Origin: Candidatus Omnitrophota bacterium
Lineage (GTDB): Bacteria > Omnitrophota > Gorgyraeia > JAGLLT01
NCBI GenBank assembly: GCA_030632085.1
Contig: DAOVJY010000002.1
Coordinates: 248,319-312,318, forward strand
DNA length: 64,000 nucleotides
Direction: 5' to 3'
Every line of letters starts with the position of its first letter. The stretch's first letter is position 1. Shown piece by piece: positions 24,481-34,633 of this stretch. Below the pieces are notes generated by a model. It was not told the DNA's origin. It saw only the letters and a list, made by a program, of their open reading frames with translations, and did not search any database. The position numbers and the translations under genes were made by a program.

Positions 24481-24541
24481 AATCCTTAGAGCGAACGCAG
24501 TGAGCGTCTTAATTCTTAGAGTGAATGAAATGAGCGTCTTA

Positions 24542-25351
24542 ATGAAGATATTGCTTATAGTTGTTATTGCTCTTATCCTTTTTAGAATATATTTTATTTT
24601 TTTGGAGCAGCAAAGTCTATATTATCCAGCCATGGAAGTTTTAGAGACACCGGCTGATATAGGTATTGGATATGAAGAGGTGAGTTTTAAAACAGTTGAC
24701 GGGGAAAATCTTAACGGCTGGTATATGCCGGTGAAAGATGCCCGAACTACGGTGCTCTATTGTCATGGTAACGCCGGAAATATATGTCATCGCCTGCATA
24801 AGGTGAAATTTTTTAATGAAATGGGAGTGAATTTTTTTATTTTTGACTATCGCGGTTATGGTAAAAGCAGCGGCAGGCCGGGAGAAAAAGGTTTGTATAG
24901 TGACGCGATTGCCGCTTGCGATTATTTAATGTCAAGGGATGATGTTGATAAATCTAAAATTGTTATGTATGGTAAATCATTAGGAGGGCCGGTTGCCGCT
25001 GAAGTTTGCCTGAGAAGAAAAATAAGCGCATTGATACTGGAGAGTAGTTTTGCTTCAGTTCTCATACGGGCACAGCAGCTTTACCCGTTTTTGCCTATGA
25101 AGTTTTTGATTACACAAAAATACGACGCGCTGAATAAGATAAAAGATATTGATATTCCAAAATTGATTGTTCACGGCAGAAATGACGAAATTATTAGTTT
25201 TAGCCACGGACAAATTCTTTTTGATGCTGCCGCGGAACCTAAGCAATTTTTGCCTTTTGAAGGCGGGCATAATGATGAAGTTTATGTAACGTCACCTGAA
25301 TATAAAGAGAAACTTAAAAAATTTCTGCTACAAGTAATAACCAAACAATAA
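24542..25351 (+). CDS. Alpha/beta-hydrolase fold protein with an N-terminal membrane anchor. Start uncertain: 24500, 24530 or 24542.
   Basis: HGNAGN...GYGKSSG...GKSLGG nucleophile elbow. The 5' end overlaps a 30-bp tandem repeat. Confidence 0.7.
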   Translation: MKILLIVVIALILFRIYFIFLEQQSLYYPAMEVLETPADIGIGYEEVSFKTVDGENLNGWYMPVKDARTTVLYCHGNAGNICHRLHKVKFFNEMGVNFFIFDYRGYGKSSGRPGEKGLYSDAIAACDYLMSRDDVDKSKIVMYGKSLGGPVAAEVCLRRKISALILESSFASVLIRAQQLYPFLPMKFLITQKYDALNKIKDIDIPKLIVHGRNDEIISFSHGQILFDAAAEPKQFLPFEGGHNDEVYVTSPEYKEKLKKFLLQVITKQ

Positions 25352-25581
25352 CCAAATCAAAACAAAACGAGGATAGCAGTTTGGTAATTGGATATTGGAA
25401 TTTGACCCTTCAATATATTCTGGGTCAATCCTGAGTACTTCGATAGTACTTAATATAAAATAAGTCGAAGGATTGAATATTGTTTGCCTGTGCCCTGCAA
25501 GGGTATATCTTGTATCTTGGTTATTGGTTATTTAAAGTTAGATATTTTTAACAGAATGGGGAAATTGGAGGAGCAGTTGAT

Positions 25582-26097
25582 ATGAAATCTTCAGTAGTGT
25601 ATTATTCTTATAGCGGCAACACGGATAAAGTGGCTAAGGTACTTGTTGACTGGTTAAAATGCAAAGATTTTACGGTGGATATCTATAGATTAAAACCTGA
25701 AAATGAGAAAAGAAGTTTTTTCCTTCAGTGCGCTGAAGCCCTTCAGGGAAAGAGAGCGGTTCTCTTGGGTAAAGATAATTTTGATTTAGCGGGTTATGAT
25801 TTGGTGTGTATAGGTTCGCCCGTATGGGCGTTTTCACCGACTCCCGCGGTAAATACCTACCTTGATAAAATGTTAAACGCCGATGATAAAGCCGTGATTT
25901 TATTTACAACCTATGGGAGCGGCACAGGCGTTAAAAAATGTATTAATAACATAGAAAAACGCTTAAAGAAAAAAGGTATCAGTGAAATATACAATTTTAA
26001 TATACAACAGGCAAAAGTTGACAATAGAGATTTTGTAATTAAAACAATAAAAGATAAAATAGGTTCTTTCTTGTTTAAGCTGTCCGAAAGAACTTAA
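25582..26097 (+). CDS. Flavodoxin-like protein
   Basis: VVYYSYSGNTDKVAKVL flavodoxin phosphate-binding loop. Confidence 0.65.
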   Translation: MKSSVVYYSYSGNTDKVAKVLVDWLKCKDFTVDIYRLKPENEKRSFFLQCAEALQGKRAVLLGKDNFDLAGYDLVCIGSPVWAFSPTPAVNTYLDKMLNADDKAVILFTTYGSGTGVKKCINNIEKRLKKKGISEIYNFNIQQAKVDNRDFVIKTIKDKIGSFLFKLSERT

Positions 26098-26166
26098 ATT
26101 AGGGAAAGTGTGGAGTAAGGAGGGCTGAACCCTCTTATTTAACCGGAAGACAAAAGGATTGATGAT

Positions 26167-26418
26167 ATGATAGAACTGATAATCGGATTATGCGCGGGAA
26201 CTCTCTGTACTATTTCATTTATTCCGCAGATAATAAAAATATGCAGGCAGAAGCATGCCCGTGATTTATCTCTGGCGACATTCTGCATACTTACCGGAGG
26301 GATATTATTATGGTTGGTTTATGGATTTATAATTGGTTCTATACCAATAATTGTTACTAATACGATTATGGCTTTATTGTCTCTTATGATCGTTACTTTA
26401 AAACTTAAGTATAAATAG
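26167..26418 (+). CDS. SemiSWEET / PQ-loop sugar transporter (3-TM)
   Basis: 83 aa, ISFIPQIIKI PQ-loop motif, three TM helices. Confidence 0.7.
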   Translation: MIELIIGLCAGTLCTISFIPQIIKICRQKHARDLSLATFCILTGGILLWLVYGFIIGSIPIIVTNTIMALLSLMIVTLKLKYK

Positions 26419-26426
26419 TTGTCGCG

Positions 26427-26843
26427 ATGGTTGATATTAATAGGTCTAAAAAAGAATTATTAAAACGGAAAATGGATGACTTGGGGGTTTTTGAAAAAGA
26501 CCTCGAAGAGAAGTTTATCCGTTCCGGGGGAAAAGGCGGGCAAAACGTCAACAAGACCTCGACTTGTGTGTATTTGAAACATAAACCCAGCGGCCTTGAA
26601 GTGAAATGCCAGCGAGAGCGTTCGCAGGTATTGAACAGATTTTTAGCCAGAAGAATTTTAGTAAATAAAATAGAAACACTTATTCTTGGAAAACTTTCCG
26701 AAGAAAAGAAAAAAATAGAAAAAATAAGAAGACAAAAGCGCAAACGTTCAAAACGGGCTAAAGATAAAATGCTGGAAGAGAAAGCAAAAAGAGGCCAAAA
26801 GAAAAAGGAGCGCTCGTACCGGCCTGAGTTGGAAGATGAATAA
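26427..26843 (+). CDS. arfB: ArfB (YaeJ), alternative ribosome-rescue peptidyl-tRNA hydrolase
   Basis: GGKGGQNVNKT GGQ motif, about 140 aa, basic C-terminal tail. Confidence 0.8.
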   Translation: MVDINRSKKELLKRKMDDLGVFEKDLEEKFIRSGGKGGQNVNKTSTCVYLKHKPSGLEVKCQRERSQVLNRFLARRILVNKIETLILGKLSEEKKKIEKIRRQKRKRSKRAKDKMLEEKAKRGQKKKERSYRPELEDE

Positions 26844-26976
26844 ATCATTTAATTGCGAAATTTGAAAGATTTGGAACGAGATGCTAACGAGAAAATTTTA
26901 ATTAGGATGTGTCCCTAATTATTTAATTGCGGATGTGAATAAAGTATGCTATAATTCAACGAAAAGGAGTAAAAGC

Positions 26977-27294
26977 ATGGAAAAAGAAGATTTTAAAAAG
27001 AAAATTGATAAGATGTGGAAAGCCAGCAAAAAAGATATGGAAAAAGTGATAAAAAACGCTGAGATATTAGCTAAAAAGGGCGAAATTTATCTGAAAGATA
27101 AATCCGCGGAAGGCAAAGTGCAGCTTGAAATAGCGTCTTTGTCGCTGCAAAGAGAAAAACTATATTATGATCTGGGTAAAACATTAGCTAAAACGGTTAA
27201 GACTAAGTGGAGTACCGATAAAAAGGTGCTTCTGATTACAAACAAGATTAAGATTATCAACCTAAAAATTGTGAATAAGAAAAAGAAGAAGTAA
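26977..27294 (+). CDS. Hypothetical lysine-rich coiled-coil protein
   Basis: ORF with an AGGAG RBS at 26964; followed by a terminator. Confidence 0.45.
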   Translation: MEKEDFKKKIDKMWKASKKDMEKVIKNAEILAKKGEIYLKDKSAEGKVQLEIASLSLQREKLYYDLGKTLAKTVKTKWSTDKKVLLITNKIKIINLKIVNKKKKK

Positions 27295-27320
27295 ATTAAA
27301 AAAAGTTAATAAAATATTAA

Positions 27321-27352
27321 AAGGTGACGGACTTACATCTGTCACCTTTTTT
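27321..27352 (+). terminator. Rho-independent terminator (GGTGACGGA..TCTGTCACC plus T8)
   Basis: Stem-loop and U-tract. Confidence 0.7.
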
Positions 27353-27569
27353 TAATATTTATAGCCTCTGCGTTTTTTATTAGTGCATATCAATTCATTT
27401 GCATTTTATGCTGTTTTCTGGTAGAACTATATATATGTCCTAGAGTTATATAATCCGGGAAAAAAGAAGATAAGTAAAGCTGGTTTCTTGATTTGTGAGG
27501 CATTGAATTATCTTATTTTTTAAGTAAAATGAAAATAGAAACAAAGTGATGCGCGCGGGAGAGTAATCT

Positions 27570-29141
27570 TTGAGTAATTTGAAAGATTTAATTATTTACG
27601 TATTAATTTTTTTAGGAGCATTTCTTGTTTGGTTTAATGTGTCACTTTGGGTTAAAGGGGACGCTAAGAGAAAAAGGATAAAATTTCCCGCTTTATGTTT
27701 TCTTTTTGTTTTCATTTTTAACCTGCCGGCTTTAATTATCTATCTTTTTATCCGCAAAAAGAGAAGGCCGTTCAGGTGCACTCATTGCGGTTATGATTTA
27801 GATGATGTTATAACTCAAACCAATTTCTTCGTATGCCCCAAATGTAATCATCTTATTCAATCCGATATAGCTCACCAAATATTCTATGATAAAATTAAAC
27901 ATTTTAAAGGCGAGCAGATAAAAGTTTTTGATTATGAAGGTTTGCCTTTAGATGATGTGGCTAAGAAGGCTTCTAAAAGTAAAATATGGACTATACTCAA
28001 ATTTTATCTTGAAGCCGGCATAAAACAAAGAGCTTCAGATATTCATTTTGACCCTAATAAAGCAAAAGTACGCATTAGGCAACGTGTTGATGGAGTGCTT
28101 TATGATATTATTTCACCTCCCAGGGAGCTGGGGGTAAAATTAACTTCGATTATTAAAATTTTAGCGGGCTTAGATATTGCCAAGAAGAAGGAAGCTCAAA
28201 GCGGCCGTTTCGAGGTTTGGTTGGATGATAATAAATATGATTTAAGAGTTTCAACTTCATATTCAATTATGGGAGAGAAGATTACCATCAGGCTTTTAAA
28301 TAGGGCCATGACCATGCTTAATCTGGAGGGCTTGGGGTTGTATGAGGAAGACCTTTTGAAGTTATCGGAAATTGTAGAGCGCCCGCATGGTATGATATTG
28401 ATTTGTGGCCCCACCGGCTCCGGTAAAACCACAACTCTTTATAGCATTATTAAGAGATTAAATCCCCAAAGCCGTAATATTATGACCATTGAAGACCCGG
28501 TTGAATATGAGTTGGCTCAGATAAGTCAGCAGCAGGTTAATACCAGGGCCGGCATAAGTTTTGCCGCGGGACTGCGTTCGATGTTGAGGCAGGATCCGGA
28601 TGTTATTATGATCGGTGAAATAAGAGATGCCGAAACCGCTCAAATTGCTCATCAAGCTTCAGATACGGGGCATCTGGTTTTAAGTACAATGCATGCCATT
28701 GATACAGCCGGCACAATAACCCGGCTTAAAGATTTTGGTATTAGTACGCATTATTTATCTAATTCGCTTTTAGCTGTAATATCACAGAGATTAATGAGGG
28801 TTTTGTGTGAAGATTGCAAGGAGAAGATAGAATATCAGGAAGCTGTTCCAGCAAATGTTATTAGGAATGTGTATAAATCTAAAGGTTGTCAAAAATGTAA
28901 TTATACAGGTTTTAAAGGTAGAACTGCCGTTTTCGAAATTCTTTATGCTACTAAAGAAGTGAGAGAACGTATATATAATGATGCCTCACCGGATGAGTTA
29001 AGGGATAATTATAAAAAATGGGGTATAAAAACATTAAAAGAGCAGGCTTTGAGAAAAGTTCAGGAAGGTAAGACAACGTTGCAGGAAGTTAAGACGATTG
29101 TACCTTTGGATATAATCCAAAAACAAGATGTCGGAAATTAA
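27570..29141 (+). CDS. GspE/PilB-family secretion ATPase with an unusual N-terminal two-TM anchor and zinc-ribbon (CTHCGY...CPKCNH)
   Basis: Walker A CGPTGSGKTTTL, Asp/His boxes, C-terminal tetracysteine (CEDC...CQKC). Confidence 0.75.
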   Translation: MSNLKDLIIYVLIFLGAFLVWFNVSLWVKGDAKRKRIKFPALCFLFVFIFNLPALIIYLFIRKKRRPFRCTHCGYDLDDVITQTNFFVCPKCNHLIQSDIAHQIFYDKIKHFKGEQIKVFDYEGLPLDDVAKKASKSKIWTILKFYLEAGIKQRASDIHFDPNKAKVRIRQRVDGVLYDIISPPRELGVKLTSIIKILAGLDIAKKKEAQSGRFEVWLDDNKYDLRVSTSYSIMGEKITIRLLNRAMTMLNLEGLGLYEEDLLKLSEIVERPHGMILICGPTGSGKTTTLYSIIKRLNPQSRNIMTIEDPVEYELAQISQQQVNTRAGISFAAGLRSMLRQDPDVIMIGEIRDAETAQIAHQASDTGHLVLSTMHAIDTAGTITRLKDFGISTHYLSNSLLAVISQRLMRVLCEDCKEKIEYQEAVPANVIRNVYKSKGCQKCNYTGFKGRTAVFEILYATKEVRERIYNDASPDELRDNYKKWGIKTLKEQALRKVQEGKTTLQEVKTIVPLDIIQKQDVGN

Positions 29142-30264
29142 AAAAATGTCATATAGAGAACCTGCCAAATATTTATTCCTGGGGGTTATTTTTTTATCTC
29201 TTATTATGCTCTCAGGTTGTGCCGGTAGAAGAAACCTGGTAAGAGGTAAAGCCCTTTATGATTTGAAAAAGGAAGCCGTTAGCGTTAAAGGTGAAGAGTA
29301 TGTTTCTTTGAGCCTGATGTGCGGTGTTTATGGAGTTAAGTGGGATTATGACCCTGTGAGTTACAGGGTTGTTCTTAAGAAAGACGGCCATAAGGCTATA
29401 GTTATGGCTAATTCAAATAGTTTTATATTAGACGGTCGATATTATGTTCATTTGAAGCCGGTTATTCTTTATGATGATAACATTTATGTTCCGTTCTCGA
29501 TGGTTGAAGATAAGTTTGATAGGGTTTTTAATCCTTATTACTATCAAGTACCTTCGACTAAAGTCTATTCAATCAGGACGGTGGTTATAGACCCCGGGCA
29601 TGGCGGAAAAGACCCGGGCGCAATTGGCCGTAAGGGACTTCAGGAAAAAGATGTTGCCCTGGATATAAGTAAGAAGTTAAGAAATATACTTGAAGATAAC
29701 GGTTTTAAGGTTGTGATGACCAGAGACACCGATAATTTTATCAGTCTCAGAAGAAGGGCTGATATTTCTAATAAGATTAAGGCCGACTTTTTTATAAGTG
29801 TTCACGCGAATGCCGCCAGAAATAGGTCCGCTCGCGGATTTGAGGTGTTTTATTTGTCAGACGCAATGGATGATAACGCCAGGGCTGTCGCGGCAGCTGA
29901 AAACGCTGTGTTGGAGTTAGAGGATGAGTTTGAATTAAAGCATTCAAACGCGCTTGATGCCATAGTTTGGGATTTGCTGTATGATGAATACCGCATAGAA
30001 TCAAAGGAGATGGCAGCCAGCTTATGTGAGTCAATGCAGCGTGATTCTATAGGAAAAAATAGAGGAGTCAAAAGTGCTCGTTTTTATGTCTTAAAAGGGG
30101 TTAGGTCTCCTTCTGTTTTAATTGAGGTGGGTTTTATTTCTAATAGCAGTGAGGAATCAAAGCTGCGCAGCACTTCTTTTAGAAAACAGATAGCTCAGGC
30201 ATTAGCTAAGGGTATAATTAATTATAAACAGAGATATGAAGAAACAGAGGGGTTTACTAATTAA
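29128..30264 (+). CDS. amiC: N-acetylmuramoyl-L-alanine amidase (Amidase_3, AmiC-like) with an N-terminal AMIN-like domain
   Basis: VIDPGHGGKDPGA...ISVHANA matches Amidase_3. Confidence 0.8.
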   Translation: MSEIKKMSYREPAKYLFLGVIFLSLIMLSGCAGRRNLVRGKALYDLKKEAVSVKGEEYVSLSLMCGVYGVKWDYDPVSYRVVLKKDGHKAIVMANSNSFILDGRYYVHLKPVILYDDNIYVPFSMVEDKFDRVFNPYYYQVPSTKVYSIRTVVIDPGHGGKDPGAIGRKGLQEKDVALDISKKLRNILEDNGFKVVMTRDTDNFISLRRRADISNKIKADFFISVHANAARNRSARGFEVFYLSDAMDDNARAVAAAENAVLELEDEFELKHSNALDAIVWDLLYDEYRIESKEMAASLCESMQRDSIGKNRGVKSARFYVLKGVRSPSVLIEVGFISNSSEESKLRSTSFRKQIAQALAKGIINYKQRYEETEGFTN

Positions 30265-31066
30265 TAGAAAAAACAGTTTACTTAAGCCTATTGGTATTTT
30301 TGATTCAGGTTTGGGCGGGTTAACTGTAGCAAAAGAAGTTTTTAGATTTATGCCCCATGAAAATGTAATTTATTTTGGGGATACCGCCAGAGTGCCTTAT
30401 GGAAATAAATCAAAAGAGACTATAACCAGGTTTTCTACTGAGAATGCCATTTTTTTGAAAAGTCGCGGCGTTAAATTAATTGTAGTGGCTTGTAATACAT
30501 CCTGTAGTTTGAGTTTACCGATATTAAAAAAGAGATTGAAGATGCCGATAATAGGGGTTATAAATCCCGCGGTTAAAAAGGCGGTAGAAATATCAAAAAG
30601 TGGAAGAATAGGTGTTATTGGCACCAACAGTACGATAAATAGTAAAGCTTATGATAAAAGATTAAAAATGCTTGATAGAAAGATAAAAGTTTTTAGTAAA
30701 AGCTGTCCTTTATTTGTTCCTTTAGCTGAAGAGGGCTGGCTTGATACGGATATAACCTATAGAACCGCAAAAATGTATCTTGATTATCTAAAGTTGAAAA
30801 ATATCGATACTTTAATCTTAGCTTGCACTCATTATCCGTTATTAAAAAAGATTATAAAAAAAGTTATGGGCAAGAAGGTTGAATTAATTGATTCAACCAG
30901 TGAAGTGGCTCGAGCGGTAAAGGCCACCCTCAAGCAACTAGGCAGTTTGAATGAGCAAAAGAAAAAACCCGGTTACCAATTTTACGTAAGTGATGAAGCG
31001 ACTCATTTTATTAAAGTGGGTGAAAAATTTTTAGGTAGAAAAATAAGTTGTGCTAGAAAGGTGTAA
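30236..31066 (+). CDS. murI: Glutamate racemase
   Basis: IGIFDSGLGGLTV and VACNTS motifs. Confidence 0.85.
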   Translation: MKKQRGLLINRKNSLLKPIGIFDSGLGGLTVAKEVFRFMPHENVIYFGDTARVPYGNKSKETITRFSTENAIFLKSRGVKLIVVACNTSCSLSLPILKKRLKMPIIGVINPAVKKAVEISKSGRIGVIGTNSTINSKAYDKRLKMLDRKIKVFSKSCPLFVPLAEEGWLDTDITYRTAKMYLDYLKLKNIDTLILACTHYPLLKKIIKKVMGKKVELIDSTSEVARAVKATLKQLGSLNEQKKKPGYQFYVSDEATHFIKVGEKFLGRKISCARKV

Positions 31067-31068
31067 TT

Positions 31069-31440
31069 ATGTATAGTGTTTCTGTTTTAAAAAATTTCAG
31101 TTCAGCGCATTTTTTACGCGGTTATAAAGGTAAATGTGAGAATTTACACGGTCATAACTGGAAAGTATTACTGAGTATTCAGAGCAAGAAGTTAGATAAA
31201 ATTGGTATGGTGCTGGACTTTAAAGGGTTAAAAATGATTCTTAATGAAGTGATAAGCGATTTGGACCATTGTTGTTTAAATGATCATATTTTTTTTAAGA
31301 AGGTTAATCCTACATCGGAAAATATCGCGGCTTATATATATAAGAAAGTGAAAAAAAAGATAAAGTTAAAAAATATTAGCGGAATTGAAGTTTCTGTTTG
31401 GGAGACAGACACATCACGTGCTACATATAAAGGTAAATGA
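31069..31440 (+). CDS. queD: 6-carboxy-5,6,7,8-tetrahydropterin synthase
   Basis: CENLHGHNW zinc-binding motif. Confidence 0.8.
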   Translation: MYSVSVLKNFSSAHFLRGYKGKCENLHGHNWKVLLSIQSKKLDKIGMVLDFKGLKMILNEVISDLDHCCLNDHIFFKKVNPTSENIAAYIYKKVKKKIKLKNISGIEVSVWETDTSRATYKGK

Positions 31441-32117
31441 AAAAAGCTATTGTTTTGCTTTCAGGAGGCCTTGATTCAGCGGTAACGCTTTTTTACGCGA
31501 AAAAGCGCGGTTTTGATATTACATGCCTGACTTTTGATTATGGCCAAAGGCATCGCAGGGAAACGCAATCTGCTAAAAAGCTGACGGAGCTTGTCAAAGC
31601 CAAGCAGGTGATTTTAAAGGTAGCCTTTCCTTCAGAGAGCAGCTCGCTTACAAATACAAAAACTAATTTGCCGCAAAGGCAAAGTTTGGAAATAAAAAAA
31701 ACAGGTATTCCCAGTACATATGTACCTGCTAGAAATATTATATTTTTAAGTTACGCGCTTTTGTACGCGGAAGTTATTAAAGCCGGCAGTATTTTTATCG
31801 GTGTAAACTCTATTGATTATTCCGGGTATCCTGATTGCCGCCCCGAGTTTTTAAAGGCTTTTACTGAAATGGCCGCCTTGGGCACTAAAAGCGGGGTAAG
31901 CGGTAAAGCGGTGAAAATAGAAGCACCTTTAATGATGAGCTCGAAAGCGGAAATTGTAAAACTCGGCAAGAAATTGAATGTTCCTTTTGAACATACCTGG
32001 TCGTGTTATGAGGGGGGCAGGTATCCTTGCTGTAAGTGTGATAGCTGCAGGCTTAGAGCCGGTGGTTTTAAGGAAGCCGGGATAGGTGATCCTTTAGAGG
32101 AGAAACGCGCCGGATGA
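31437..32117 (+). CDS. queC: 7-cyano-7-deazaguanine synthase
   Basis: VLLSGGLDSAV PP-loop; C-terminal Cys cluster. Confidence 0.85.
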   Translation: MKKAIVLLSGGLDSAVTLFYAKKRGFDITCLTFDYGQRHRRETQSAKKLTELVKAKQVILKVAFPSESSSLTNTKTNLPQRQSLEIKKTGIPSTYVPARNIIFLSYALLYAEVIKAGSIFIGVNSIDYSGYPDCRPEFLKAFTEMAALGTKSGVSGKAVKIEAPLMMSSKAEIVKLGKKLNVPFEHTWSCYEGGRYPCCKCDSCRLRAGGFKEAGIGDPLEEKRAG

Positions 32118-32821
32118 AAGTAAAGGGTATCGCGGAAGTTTTTTCATCAATTCAAGGTGAAGGCCTTTATGTGGGTGAGTATCAGGTATTTGTTCGTTTT
32201 GCCGGATGCAATTTAAAATGCAGATATTGTGATACTAGAAATTTGACTTCAAAAGATATTTCAAAAAAAGAGTTAATTAAGAAAATAATTAGTTTAAATG
32301 CCGGCGGCAGATGCCATTCGATATCTATTACCGGCGGCGAGCCCTTAGTTGACACCGGTAATTTAAAGATTTTACTTGATGCTTTAAGAGAGCTTAAGTA
32401 CAAAGTATATTTAGAAACAAACGGTTCTTTGCCTTTAAACCTAAAGCGTGTGATAAAATATATTGATTATCTTTCTATGGATATTAAATTACCATCAGCT
32501 GCGGGTCTTAAGAAGCCGTTGTGGGATTCGCATTATAGTTTTTTAAAAATAGCGAATGAAAAATTAGGTAAAAATAAACGTTTGTTTGTTAAGATGGTTA
32601 TTACTAATGATTTGAAAATAGCTGAATTTAAAAAAGCGATTACTATTATTAAAAAAGTAAACCGTAAGATACCGTTAATAATACAACCGGTAACACCCGT
32701 AAATAAAATCAAAAGGCGGGTTAAAGGTGAGGATGTAGTTAAACTTTTAAAAACAGCTAAACTTAGCTTAGAACACGTTTTGGTGATACCGCAAATACAT
32801 AAAATTTTGGGAGTAAAATAA
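32114..32821 (+). CDS. queE: 7-carboxy-7-deazaguanine synthase (radical SAM)
   Basis: CNLKCRYCDT radical-SAM motif. Confidence 0.8.
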   Translation: MKVKGIAEVFSSIQGEGLYVGEYQVFVRFAGCNLKCRYCDTRNLTSKDISKKELIKKIISLNAGGRCHSISITGGEPLVDTGNLKILLDALRELKYKVYLETNGSLPLNLKRVIKYIDYLSMDIKLPSAAGLKKPLWDSHYSFLKIANEKLGKNKRLFVKMVITNDLKIAEFKKAITIIKKVNRKIPLIIQPVTPVNKIKRRVKGEDVVKLLKTAKLSLEHVLVIPQIHKILGVK

Positions 32822-33234
32822 TGAAGACAAAGAAATCAAGTTACGAGAATTTACAGGGACATGTAAAGAAGCTGAAAACACCACTCTTGGAGGTTTGGGA
32901 AAATCAATATCCCGATAGAAGTTACCTTATTCATATAGGTACTGATGAGTTTACCTGTATTTGTCCGAAAACCGGCTTACCTGATTTTGCCCATATAAGC
33001 ATTGAGTACGAACCTGATAAATATTGTATTGAATTAAAGTCATTCAAGGAGTACCTTACTTTTTACCGAAATGTCGGCATTTTTCATGAGCATGTAATTA
33101 ACAGGATTTTAGATGATTTTATAAAAGTTTGCGAACCGCGTTATGCTAAGATAATAGGTGAATTTAATATCAGGGGCGGCATTACGACTGTTGTTACCAG
33201 AGAGTATCAAAGCGGGGGATATAAGAAAAAATGA
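32821..33234 (+). CDS. queF: NADPH-dependent 7-cyano-7-deazaguanine reductase (type I)
   Basis: EFTCICPKTGLPDFAHISIEY matches the QueF motif. Confidence 0.85.
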   Translation: MKTKKSSYENLQGHVKKLKTPLLEVWENQYPDRSYLIHIGTDEFTCICPKTGLPDFAHISIEYEPDKYCIELKSFKEYLTFYRNVGIFHEHVINRILDDFIKVCEPRYAKIIGEFNIRGGITTVVTREYQSGGYKKK

Positions 33235-34070
33235 GAATTATAAGCGCTTGCGAGATTCAAAAAAATGTAAGCAACTTATTTTTAAAGGCGGGTACTGTAA
33301 TCAGGCCTGATATTGAAAAGGCTATTAAGAAAGTTATGAAAAGCGAAAAAAATAAACTTGCCAAAGAGATGCTGCGGCTTATTATTGAAAATGCTCAAAT
33401 AGCTAAACGCGAAAAACTTCCTTTATGCCAGGATACCGGACTGCCCATAGTTTTTGTTGAAGTTGGAGAAGAAGTATTTGTTAGGGGGTCTCTAAAAAAG
33501 GCACTAATGAAGGGCGCTGAGGAAGCGTATAAGAAATACGCTTTTAGGCGTTCAGTAGTCGTTGACCCTATTTTAAGAAAACCTCCTTTTAAAAGCGGCC
33601 CGGCACTTACGCATATTGAAACCATAAAGGGAAATAAGTTGAAATTAACTGTTATGGCAAAGGGTTTTGGGAGCGAAAATAAGACTAAGCTTGGAATGAT
33701 GAATCCAACCGCGGATATTAGTGAGATTGAAGATTTTATTGTATCTTGTATTGAGGAAGCAGGGCCCGATGCCTGTCCGCCTTATATCGTAGGTGTGGGC
33801 GTAGGCGGAGTAGCGGAGACTGCTAATCTGCTTGCCAAGAAAGCCCTTTTATTACCGATAGGAAGTAAAAATAAGAAAAAGCATTTGGCTTTAATGGAGA
33901 AAAGACTCTTGAAGAAAATTAACGGCCTTAAGATAGGTGTTATGGGTTTGGGCGGTGAGGCAACCTGCTTGCAGGTTAAGATTTTAAGTAGTCCAACTCA
34001 TATAGCCGGTTTGCCTGTGGCTGTAAATATAGGCTGTCACGCGACCAGAAGTGCCGGCTGTACAATTTAA
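33231..34070 (+). CDS. Class I fumarate hydratase / Fe-S hydro-lyase alpha subunit
   Basis: LCQDTGLPIVFVEVG hallmark. Confidence 0.8.
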   Translation: MRIISACEIQKNVSNLFLKAGTVIRPDIEKAIKKVMKSEKNKLAKEMLRLIIENAQIAKREKLPLCQDTGLPIVFVEVGEEVFVRGSLKKALMKGAEEAYKKYAFRRSVVVDPILRKPPFKSGPALTHIETIKGNKLKLTVMAKGFGSENKTKLGMMNPTADISEIEDFIVSCIEEAGPDACPPYIVGVGVGGVAETANLLAKKALLLPIGSKNKKKHLALMEKRLLKKINGLKIGVMGLGGEATCLQVKILSSPTHIAGLPVAVNIGCHATRSAGCTI

Positions 34071-34072
34071 TT

Positions 34073-34633
34073 ATGAAATATATAGTGGATACTAATAATC
34101 TCAATGCTGAATTGATTAAAAAGCTTAAAGTTGGGGATATGCTTTATCTTAACGGTAAAGTCTATACGGCCCGGGATCAAGTCCATCTCAAATTGTATAA
34201 AGCGATAAAATCTAAAAAGAAGTTGCCGATAAATTTAAAAAATAAAGTAGTATATTATACGGGCCCAACTCCGAAAAAGAAAAAAATGGCTATTGGTTCT
34301 TGCGGGCCTACAACCTCATCAAGGATGGATTTGTATACTCCGGCATTAATTGAAACGGGCTTAAAGATGCTTATCGGAAAAGGCAGAAGGAGCAAAGAAG
34401 TCATTGAGTCTTTGAAAAAGAGAAAAGGTGTTTATTTAATCGCGCCGGCCGGCTGTGGGGCATACTTGTCTACTAAGGTAGTAAAAGCCAAACCGGTGGC
34501 TTATAAAGAACTGGGAGCTGAGGCGATATTTAAATTGGAAGTTGAGAATTTTCCGGTAATTGTCTGCATAGACTCTAGGGGGAATTATCTTTATAAGCGG
34601 AAAGGGAGCGCAAATGTCAAGAGAAGGACTTAG
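34073..34633 (+). CDS. Class I fumarate hydratase / Fe-S hydro-lyase beta subunit
   Basis: Beta-subunit size and motifs; adjacent to the alpha subunit. Confidence 0.75.
   Translation: MKYIVDTNNLNAELIKKLKVGDMLYLNGKVYTARDQVHLKLYKAIKSKKKLPINLKNKVVYYTGPTPKKKKMAIGSCGPTTSSRMDLYTPALIETGLKMLIGKGRRSKEVIESLKKRKGVYLIAPAGCGAYLSTKVVKAKPVAYKELGAEAIFKLEVENFPVIVCIDSRGNYLYKRKGSANVKRRT

Noticed and set aside
24480-24545. CRISPR-like direct repeat
   Set aside because: Only two diverged copies are present with no intervening spacer, and they overlap a gene start.
26405-26848. 147-aa minus-strand ORF
   Set aside because: It is antisense to arfB, which has the unambiguous GGQ motif on the plus strand. The product is low-complexity.
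31069-33234. A preQ1 riboswitch upstream of queD
   Set aside because: queD starts 3 nt after murI, so there is no leader sequence to hold a riboswitch.
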